Assembly (NCBI GenBank): GCA_045535095.1
Contig: JAZSKY010000042.1
Span: 23,668-87,667 of the forward strand
Direction of reading: 5' to 3'
DNA from: Eubacteriales bacterium
Lineage (GTDB): Bacteria; Bacillota; Clostridia; Oscillospirales; CAG-272
DNA length: 64,000 bases
Position numbers and translations under genes: made by a program. Positions within the stretch are counted from its first letter, which is position 1; every line of letters starts with the position of its first letter. The notes below the pieces were generated by a model. The model worked only from the letters and a program-made list of their open reading frames with translations. It did not search any database and had not been told where the DNA came from. This document shows, one piece after another, positions 41,410-48,417 of the stretch.

Positions 41410-43104
41410 TTAGTCCTTGTAGGATTTTATATTGCCAAAGCACTCCTTGACCGTGTAGTAAGACTGCTTGGGATTTCTGTAAATATCAACGATACCCTTG
41501 TTGTTCTGCGTCTTGGGACGGCTGTTCCAGTCTCTGAAATCTCCGTCGATACGGCAGTCAGCAAACTGCCATATAGCAACGCCCGAGATCTCGTCAGACG
41601 CCGAAAGACCCTCGATAAGCTCTTTTATAACGTCGCACTGGCGGTCCTCACTCCACTTGACGTGGCTGAACGTGCGGTATCCGTAGATAGCCGCCGCGCC
41701 GCATTCGCTGATGATTATCGGCTTTTTCGATGAAACGCAGGTGTCAATGTACTCTCTTATCTTCTGATAATGCTCGAGAGGAGCGTAGTCGTTTCCGTAC
41801 CAGGTGTACCATCTCGGATAGATGTTAAGCGAGATGATGTCCTCCATATCGTAGCAGAGGTCCTTGAGATGATAGCAGGTAGCCGAGGTGCGCGGACGCG
41901 AGGGGTCGAGAGCCTTAAGCTGATCGTACTGAAGCTTGTAGCACTCTGCGCCGTACTCGGTGTGACTTGCACACTCGTTGAGGATTCCCCAGATAATTAT
42001 TGAGGGGTGGTTGTAGTGGTTTATTACCATTTCTTCAAGACAGTCAGCACTCTGCTTCTTGAAGTTCGGATTCTTCATCTTGTTTTCGTCAAGACCTCTT
42101 GCGTGGCCCTCCTCCCAGACGAAGAAGCCTCTCTCGTCGCACATATCGAGAAATCTCTCGTCGTTGGGGTAGTGGGAGGTACGAACGAAATTCGCGCTCG
42201 TGCTTGCAATAATGTCAAGGTCAAAGTTCATAAGGCTCTCGGGGACTGCACAACCGAGAGTGCCGTACTCCTCGTGGCGGTTGAAGCCCTTGAGGAATAT
42301 CTGTTTTCCGTTTATAAGTATCTTTTCGCCGTCGATCTTGATGTCGCGGAATCCGATTCGCTCTTTAAGGTCGCCGATGTACTCGCCGTTTTCAAAAAGC
42401 TTCGCGTGAGCGATGTAGAGACTTGGAGTCTCGGGCATCCACTCGTCAACACCCTCAAAGGCCGTCTTTGCCGAGAAGATAGCGGCGTTTTCCTCAAAGC
42501 CTGCACACTCAAGAGTTATAGTCTTTCCTGCAAGGGTAAGCTCTGCCGAATACTCGGAGCTGTTTTCACCAAAGCGTCTTACCTTCGCAACTATCTCGCT
42601 CTCCCAGCACTTTTCGCCGCGCGAGTTTTTAACGTGGAGGTATTCTATGTAAGCGTTGCCAAGCTCTTCGATAGCAACGGGACGGTTTATACCGCCGTAG
42701 GTTCTGTAATCGTTGGGAACGTGAAGAGCGGAGTCGGGCGAGAATCGGTTGTCGGCTATAACCTCGAGAAGATGCTCGCCTTCACTGACAGCTCCTACCT
42801 CTACTGTAAAGGGATTGTACGCGTTGTAGTGATGACCTACGTGTCGTCCGTCAAAATACACGTCTCCGGTGTGGGATACACCCTTGAAAACGAGGCGTAC
42901 GTTAGAGCTTTTCGTGCGTACTGTTGTCGAGTACTTTCCGAGTCCGCGATAGTCCTCAAGACCGCAGATAGTCTCCCAGACCGAGGGAACGCTTGCGCTA
43001 TATACTCCGGTGACCTCGCCCGAGGCGCTGAGCGTTTCGAGCTTCCAGAGTCCGCCAAGCTCTCGCTGGTTTCTCTTCTCGTTTGTTTCAAACATTCTTA
43101 ACAT
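41410..43104 (-). CDS. GH2 beta-glucuronidase-like enzyme
   Basis: GH2 sugar-binding, Ig and TIM domains. It has NHPSIIIWGILNE and a C-terminal N-x-K motif (QNNKGIV), and it heads a hexuronate operon. Confidence 0.8.
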   Translation of the reverse strand: MLRMFETNEKRNQRELGGLWKLETLSASGEVTGVYSASVPSVWETICGLEDYRGLGKYSTTVRTKSSNVRLVFKGVSHTGDVYFDGRHVGHHYNAYNPFTVEVGAVSEGEHLLEVIADNRFSPDSALHVPNDYRTYGGINRPVAIEELGNAYIEYLHVKNSRGEKCWESEIVAKVRRFGENSSEYSAELTLAGKTITLECAGFEENAAIFSAKTAFEGVDEWMPETPSLYIAHAKLFENGEYIGDLKERIGFRDIKIDGEKILINGKQIFLKGFNRHEEYGTLGCAVPESLMNFDLDIIASTSANFVRTSHYPNDERFLDMCDERGFFVWEEGHARGLDENKMKNPNFKKQSADCLEEMVINHYNHPSIIIWGILNECASHTEYGAECYKLQYDQLKALDPSRPRTSATCYHLKDLCYDMEDIISLNIYPRWYTWYGNDYAPLEHYQKIREYIDTCVSSKKPIIISECGAAAIYGYRTFSHVKWSEDRQCDVIKELIEGLSASDEISGVAIWQFADCRIDGDFRDWNSRPKTQNNKGIVDIYRNPKQSYYTVKECFGNIKSYKD

Positions 43105-43309
43105 AGATAAGATCTTCTTTAAGTTGTACTCTTTCTGTGCTGTTTATGGTAATTTTATAATATAATTGTGAACTTGTAGTTACGCCACAAGAGTAAAATA
43201 TGATAAAAACTACGCAAAACTTTACATATCGTGCTACTTTGTTGACACAAACTGCTTTTGTTGCTAAAATAAACGTATCAGATAAGTAACAGACGGAGGT
43301 GCAAGTCTC

Positions 43310-44113
43310 TTGAAGGTAACGAAGATTCGTCACGCTTGGCGTGAGGACGCCGATTTCGGCATATACAGACCTCACGGAACGCTAAACGAATACGTATTCC
43401 TGCATTTTTGGAATCCTATGCAGATGTTTTATCGCGGCGAAATGATAACGACCTTTCCTAACGCCTGCATAATACTCTCGCCGAGCGAGGCGCAGCAGTT
43501 TGGTTGTAAGGACGCGTGTATTCACGACTGGATGCACATAAGCGAAGACGTCGGCGCTGTCCTTTCAGAATACGAAATTGAAGCAAACTGCATATACTAT
43601 CCGCGAAATCACGAATTTATAACTGATATAATCCGCAGAATAGAGGTCGAAAGCAAAACGGGGGATACGTACAGCGAGGATCTGTGCGCCTGCCTCGTGA
43701 GAGAGCTGCTTGTCCGCTTTGCGCGAGAGGTGCATAGCGAGGCAGATGCTAAGAGCCTCAACGGACAAACGAGGGAGCAACTCAGAAAGCTGCGCAGGAT
43801 ACTTCATTTCGACTATATGCGAAACTGGGAAATATCGGAGATGGCGAAATATATCAACGTCAGCCCCTCGCATCTCCATTCGGCGTATAAAAAGCTTTAC
43901 GGAGTGTCGCCCATTCAGGACCTTATAAATATAAGGATCCAGCAGGCGAAAAGTATGCTTTCGGAGACGCAGAGATCGGTGTCCGATATAGCAAGCGCGC
44001 TCGGATATGCAAGCGCTACGCATTTCACAAGACAGTTTACTAAAATCGTCGGAATATCGCCTCTGAAATACAGACAAAGCAATCTGCTTGAAAACAGACA
44101 CATATTCACCTAA
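43310..44113 (+). CDS. AraC family transcriptional regulator
   Basis: C-terminal double HTH (ISEMAKYINVSPSHLHSAYKKLYG...ASATHFTRQFTKIVGISP). TTG start. Divergent from the uronate operon. Confidence 0.8.
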   Translation: MKVTKIRHAWREDADFGIYRPHGTLNEYVFLHFWNPMQMFYRGEMITTFPNACIILSPSEAQQFGCKDACIHDWMHISEDVGAVLSEYEIEANCIYYPRNHEFITDIIRRIEVESKTGDTYSEDLCACLVRELLVRFAREVHSEADAKSLNGQTREQLRKLRRILHFDYMRNWEISEMAKYINVSPSHLHSAYKKLYGVSPIQDLINIRIQQAKSMLSETQRSVSDIASALGYASATHFTRQFTKIVGISPLKYRQSNLLENRHIFT

Positions 44114-44234
44114 TTTAAGTAATATTATATTACTTTATAAGGCGCGTGTCAATAACTATCCCGAAATTACGCAAAAAAATACACGAAAGTCAAAGAATAG
44201 TATAGCATACGCCGAAAAAACGAGTATTAAAGGA

Positions 44235-44710
44235 CGGAGATTTTCCACTGAGGGAGTTGCATGGTATCAGAAAAAATTCTACTTTGAGGGCGGCACTATG
44301 CGTCTGAACTTCGGCGCAGTGCTCACCGAAGCAAACGTATATCTGGACGGCAATCATATAGGCTACCACTACGGCGGATTTTCGCAGTTTGATTTTATCG
44401 TAAACGGCGTTGAGGCGGGAGAGCACACTCTCACCGTTAAGGTCGATAACCGATTTGATTTCAATTCTATTCCGCAAAAGAGAGTGGACTGGTATCATTA
44501 CGGCGGCATCACCCGTGACGTTACCGTTGAAAAGCTCAGCGGAATCTCCTCCGGCAGTTTACCGATATGAGAACCTGCCCTGAGGCGGGACTTGATCGCG
44601 CGAGAGGCTTCAATAATAAGGGTATCGTCAACGAATACAGAAAGCCGAAGGCGGCGTATTACAGAGTAAAAGAGCTTTATGCAAAATATAAGGCGGAAGA
44701 AAACAAATAA
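44235..44710 (+). pseudogene. Remnant of a second GH2 beta-glucuronidase with a large internal deletion and a frame change
   Basis: Frame 3 encodes the sugar-binding-domain segment GVAWYQKKF...WYHYGGITRDVTVEKL, ending at 44570. Frame 2 from about 44567 encodes only the extreme C-terminus, GFNNKGIVNEYRKPKAAYY...*. Confidence 0.8.
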
Positions 44711-44727
44711 TATCAAGGACGATTGGT

Positions 44728-45468
44728 ATGAAAAAATATACCTTAAGATTTGATAAAAGTGCGGAGGACTCGGTTTTCGGTTGGAAAAACGAGTCCCTTC
44801 CGATTTCAAACAGCTATTTCGGTACGTGCATCTTCGGAGGCACAAATTACGAAAGACTCCAGATAACCGAGCCGACTCTCTGGACGGCAAACAGCGGATA
44901 TATCGAAAACCGATTTTGCAGCGGTCAGGAGACCTTTGGAGACCTTTTTATCAAATTCAGTCATAAGCACAAGATAAAAAACTATACGCGCGAGCTTTCG
45001 CTGAACTCTGCTGTCGCGAGCGTGAAATACACCTCGGGCGGCGTGGACTTTGAGAGAGAATATTTCTCAAGCTACCCCTCGCGCGTTACCGCAGTGCGCC
45101 TTTCAGCGTCCGAAAAGGGAGAGCTGAGCTTCACTCTGCGCCCCGAGATAGCAAACCTCCGAGATAGACTCACCGAGGGTAAAAATCCCGAAAGTTCAGG
45201 GAAATTCGGTAAGGTGTATGCAGAGGGCGATACCCTCGTTATGAGCGGCAGAGGGGAATATTACGGCATAGATTTCGAGGCAAGGATCCGAGTTGTCATT
45301 GACGGCGAGGGTGAGCTGACGGTAAAGAAAAGCTCTGTTTCGGTCAAAAACGCGAGCTGCGCTTATATCTATTTTACAGTCGGAACGAACTATATCCTCA
45401 GCGAAAAGACCTTTACCGCGCCCCGACTTGAAAAGCTGTCGGCAATCCGCATCCTCACGAAAAAGTGA
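44728..45468 (+). CDS. GH95-like glycosidase, N-terminal fragment (gene interrupted by a frameshift)
   Basis: LPISNSYFGTCIFGG...ERLQITEPTLWT matches the GH95 N-terminal domain. It stops at 45466-45468. Confidence 0.7.
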   Translation: MKKYTLRFDKSAEDSVFGWKNESLPISNSYFGTCIFGGTNYERLQITEPTLWTANSGYIENRFCSGQETFGDLFIKFSHKHKIKNYTRELSLNSAVASVKYTSGGVDFEREYFSSYPSRVTAVRLSASEKGELSFTLRPEIANLRDRLTEGKNPESSGKFGKVYAEGDTLVMSGRGEYYGIDFEARIRVVIDGEGELTVKKSSVSVKNASCAYIYFTVGTNYILSEKTFTAPRLEKLSAIRILTKK

Positions 45469-47114
45469 TGCAGATAATCGAAAATGCGACTAAAAAGGGC
45501 TACGAAAAGCTCAAAAAAGAGCATATTTCAGACTACTCAAAATACTTTACGCGTTTTTCCTTTGATATTGGCGGAAAAGCCGATAATCGCACGACTCCCG
45601 CACTTTTGGAGTCCTACCGAAGCGGCAAAAAAGAGCCTTATCTTGAGGAGCTTTTTATCCAGATGGGCAGATATATGATGATCGCCACCTCGCGTGACGG
45701 CACTCTGCCGAGTAGCGTTCAGGGTAAGTGGAACGCATACAAAATACCGCCGTGGACCTGCGGATACTGGTATAACATCAATCAGCAGATGAACTACTGG
45801 TTCGTCTTTGCGCTCGGTCTCGGCGACCTTTATAAGGCGTATGACGATTTCAACTCCGCTCGCTACGAAAAGGCAAAGATCAACGGAGACGCCTACATAA
45901 AGAACTTCTATCCCGAAAGATTTGAAGAGGGAGACGGCAAAAACGGTTGGCTCGTCGGTACGGCAAACAGTGCTTACGAGGTGTCGGGAGTGGGCAAAAA
46001 CAGCCACTCAGGACCCGGAACGAGCGGCTTTACCGTAATATCCGACGTTGATAAGGTGCGCTACACGCACAGTGAAAACGAGGCAAGGACCGTATATAAA
46101 GAGGTAAAAGAGAAAATAGACCTTCTCGATCCCGTCCTTGTCGGCGCTTCGGGTCAGGTCAAGGAGTTCCGCGAGGAAAACTATTACGGCGACCTTGGCG
46201 AGTTGGAGCATAGACACGTTTCGCAGCTTGTCGGACTTTATCCGGGAAGCGTTATAAATGACGAAACCCCCGCATGGCTTGACGCCGCGAGGGTGACTCT
46301 CAAAAATCGCGGATCGCGTAAGGGACCCGGCTTTGGAATTATGCACAGAGCGCTCCTCTGGGCAAGAGCCAAAGAGGGAGACATGGCATACAGACTTTTA
46401 AACCTTGAGATCTCAACGAGCATTTTCGATAATCTCTGGGGCTGTCATTACGATCCGATGCCCGTTGACCGCACAGACTCACACGCAAACTTTGCAATAG
46501 ACGCAAACTTCGGCGCGTGCGCTGCGCTTTCCGAGATGATAGTTCAGAGCGGGGACGGCACAGTCAAGATCCTTCCCGCACTTCCAAACGCTTGGAAAAA
46601 GGGAAAGGTAAAGCACCTTGCTGCGCGCGACGGATTTGATATTTCGCTTTCGTGGAAGGGCGGCAAGGCAGAGAAGATCGAGATGATCTCCACTCTCGGA
46701 GGACCTCTCACGATCAAATATTACAATATTTCAAAGGCGAGATTTGTTACCGATAATAAGGTAAAAGCACTTGATAAGGACACCGTACTTATCGAGACTT
46801 CAAAGGGCGATAAGATAATCGTCTTGGACATTCCGCTCTTTGAGATCACAAGAGACGCACACTCTCTTGCCGCGATCTGCTCGGGCGGAGAGACGATCTT
46901 AAAGTGGGAAAAATCTCCCGACGAGAATGTTACGTACAAGCTTTACAGAGCCTTCGACTCCTCTCCGACTTACACTCTTCTTTCAAAAACAGACTCCTTG
47001 GAGCTTGAGGACAAGGATCGCGGAGACAGACAAGCCACCTATAAGGTGATCGCGCTCTCGGGCGAAAAAGAGGAAAGCCACGGCATCACCGTCACAGTGC
47101 CAAGCAGAAAATAA
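45465..47114 (+). CDS. GH95-like glycosidase, catalytic and C-terminal fragment
   Basis: Contains EHISDYSKYF, PSSVQGKWN, YWYNINQQMNYW, HRHVSQLVGLYPG and FAIDANFGACAALSEM. This frame is open back to 45432. Confidence 0.7.
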   Translation: MMQIIENATKKGYEKLKKEHISDYSKYFTRFSFDIGGKADNRTTPALLESYRSGKKEPYLEELFIQMGRYMMIATSRDGTLPSSVQGKWNAYKIPPWTCGYWYNINQQMNYWFVFALGLGDLYKAYDDFNSARYEKAKINGDAYIKNFYPERFEEGDGKNGWLVGTANSAYEVSGVGKNSHSGPGTSGFTVISDVDKVRYTHSENEARTVYKEVKEKIDLLDPVLVGASGQVKEFREENYYGDLGELEHRHVSQLVGLYPGSVINDETPAWLDAARVTLKNRGSRKGPGFGIMHRALLWARAKEGDMAYRLLNLEISTSIFDNLWGCHYDPMPVDRTDSHANFAIDANFGACAALSEMIVQSGDGTVKILPALPNAWKKGKVKHLAARDGFDISLSWKGGKAEKIEMISTLGGPLTIKYYNISKARFVTDNKVKALDKDTVLIETSKGDKIIVLDIPLFEITRDAHSLAAICSGGETILKWEKSPDENVTYKLYRAFDSSPTYTLLSKTDSLELEDKDRGDRQATYKVIALSGEKEESHGITVTVPSRK

Positions 47115-47117
47115 AAT

Positions 47118-47158
47118 AAAAAAACAACTCCGAAAGCGTACTTCTCATAAGGAAGTTG
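47118..47158. repeat. 41-nt sequence, inverted copy of 48372-48412
   Basis: aaaaaaacaactcc + 8 nt + acttctcataaggaagttg, compared with the reverse complement of 48372-48412. Confidence 0.8.
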
Positions 47159-47275
47159 GATTCCTCCTTGTAGGGGTCGACGTCCTCGGCGACCCGTTAA
47201 GACAAAAATTGATCCGCAGAAAGCAAAGAACACCCCGACAGATTTTCAAAAAATCTATCGGGGGTGTCTGTTATT

Positions 47276-47899
47276 TTATTGTTTCTTTACCGTTATATCA
47301 TTTATTCCCAAATCTTCACACGACTCTTTTATACTGTTTTCGTCTTCGACTATGAATTCATCGTTCATAATGAAATGACCAACTGCTCTCAACGCGTCCC
47401 CTCCATCCGACACGAATGTAACTGCAACAGGACAACCTTTTTCAAAAACATACAGATAAATTTTGCTTGAATCTATGTTCTTATTTGCATAGGTCTTTTG
47501 TGCTGTGAATACCGCTGATACCGCCATAGCTTCAACACCACTTGTTTGATTAATTCGTGAAGCAAAAGATACATACGCCGATGAACAAATATATTCATAC
47601 AGTTCTTTCGACAACTCATCTTTATTAATAGTCTTATCAAGTAATTCTTCTTCCGAAATCAACAGCTCGTATACTGCAATACTTTTTGAATAATTTCCCT
47701 CGCGCAACATATTTATCTGGTCATCGTATGCAGCCGGAAGATTATATAAAGATTTATATTCTTCACTCTCAAGCATTTCCGCCATCAAGGAAATAACATC
47801 TTCTCCGCATTCCGTGAGCGACTTGGGTTTTCCGTTGCAAGATGTTAACAGAGTCAACAATATACAAGCAAGCAACACAATAAAGAGTTTTCTTTTCAT
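47276..47899 (-). CDS. Hypothetical lipoprotein (AT-rich gene)
   Basis: MKRKLFIVLLACILLTLLTSC contains a lipobox. The start was moved to ATG 47899, 7 nt after GGAGG. Confidence 0.75.
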   Translation of the reverse strand: MKRKLFIVLLACILLTLLTSCNGKPKSLTECGEDVISLMAEMLESEEYKSLYNLPAAYDDQINMLREGNYSKSIAVYELLISEEELLDKTINKDELSKELYEYICSSAYVSFASRINQTSGVEAMAVSAVFTAQKTYANKNIDSSKIYLYVFEKGCPVAVTFVSDGGDALRAVGHFIMNDEFIVEDENSIKESCEDLGINDITVKKQ

Positions 47900-47953
47900 A
47901 TTATCCTCCATTTTATTAAATTTAATTGATCGTTCTGTTTTATCGCAAGTTTC

Positions 47954-48153
47954 GCCTTTGTATTACAAAGGCACATCGGGCAAAGCCCATACCCCTAAAG
48001 ATGCACGAGCGTGTCCAAAGGCTCCCTCCGGGAGGGAACTGTCGCCGTAGGCGACTGAGGGAGAGCGCGTTACTATAAAGTCAATCTAAACTCTAAGTCA
48101 CGCAGGCTCCTTCCGTCACGGCTACGCCGTGCCACCTCCCTCTCGGAGGGAGG
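47954..48153. repeat. Cluster of GC-rich REP-like hairpins
   Basis: Hairpins at 47954-47972, 47978-47988, 48022-48038, 48041-48055, 48117-48131 and 48135-48153, read directly from the sequence. Confidence 0.75.
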
Positions 48154-48168
48154 CTTTTCGTTAGCTCC

Positions 48169-48197
48169 ATTATAACACAAATCGGCAGAGAAAGCAA
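48169..48197 (-). promoter_or_regulatory. Predicted sigma-A promoter on the minus strand
   Basis: On the minus strand: TTGCTT (48197-48192), a 17-nt spacer, then an extended -10 TGtTATAAT (-10 at 48174-48169). Confidence 0.6.
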
Positions 48198-48198
48198 G

Positions 48199-48364
48199 AG
48201 TGATATTCCGACTTCGTCGGAGTGATATTATTGCTATCGCAATAGTGATATTGAAGCCTTACGGCTTCAGTGATATTTTATTCGCCAAAAACTCGCGTAG
48301 CGAATATCACTCGGCGTCAGCCGAATATCACTGCGTAGCAATACAACTCGCCAGAGGCGAATAA
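48199..48364. repeat. Motif/hairpin array: AGTGATATT x4 direct and x2 inverted, interleaved with unrelated short hairpins
   Basis: Direct copies at 48199, 48221, 48244 and 48269. Inverted copies at 48303 and 48324. Hairpins at 48208-48220, 48230-48243, 48253-48268 and 48312-48323. Confidence 0.85.
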
Positions 48365-48368
48365 AACT

Positions 48369-48412
48369 GCGCAACTTCCTTACGAGAAGTTGCGCAAAGG
48401 AGTTGTTTTTTT
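48369..48412 (-). terminator. gpmI terminator, also the right copy of the inverted repeat
   Basis: 10-bp stem gcgcaacttc / gaagttgcgc (48369-48395). On the minus strand it is followed by agttttatt. Confidence 0.75.
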
Positions 48413-48417
48413 GCTTT

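Noticed and set aside
38909-41413. 834-aa plus-strand ORF
   Set aside because: It is entirely antisense to uxaB and uxaC, which have clear homology. Its composition is low-complexity and rich in V, L and A. It is a shadow ORF.
42007-43101. 364-aa plus-strand ORF
   Set aside because: It is antisense to the GH2 glucuronidase-like gene.
47039-47233. 64-aa minus-strand ORF (contains GRRGRRPLQ)
   Set aside because: It overlaps the GH95 3' end and is encoded by REP-like hairpin DNA. It is a typical spurious translation of palindromic repeats.
48199-48229. Resemblance of GTGATAT to the box C (RUGAUGA) of box C/D or TIGR-type guide RNAs, given that an L7Ae-family gene is in the window
   Set aside because: There is no matching box D (CUGA) partner arrangement. 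The L7Ae-like ylxQ is the standard nusA-operon gene 28 kb away. The evidence is insufficient.
48199-48332. Reading the motif/hairpin arrays here and at 58743-58896 as CRISPR arrays
   Set aside because: The conserved unit is only 8-9 nt and is not palindromic. It occurs in both orientations. The variable intervals are 12-19 nt and self-complementary. No cas genes are present. This does not fit CRISPR.
48199-48332. Match of TATCACT to the WATCACW heptads bound by omega-type RHH repressors of inc18 plasmids
   Set aside because: Omega sites are contiguous heptads, whereas these copies are spaced 22-25 bp apart. The second locus uses ATATCGA instead. No plasmid or partition genes are nearby. I treat the match as probable coincidence and note it only as a possible lead.
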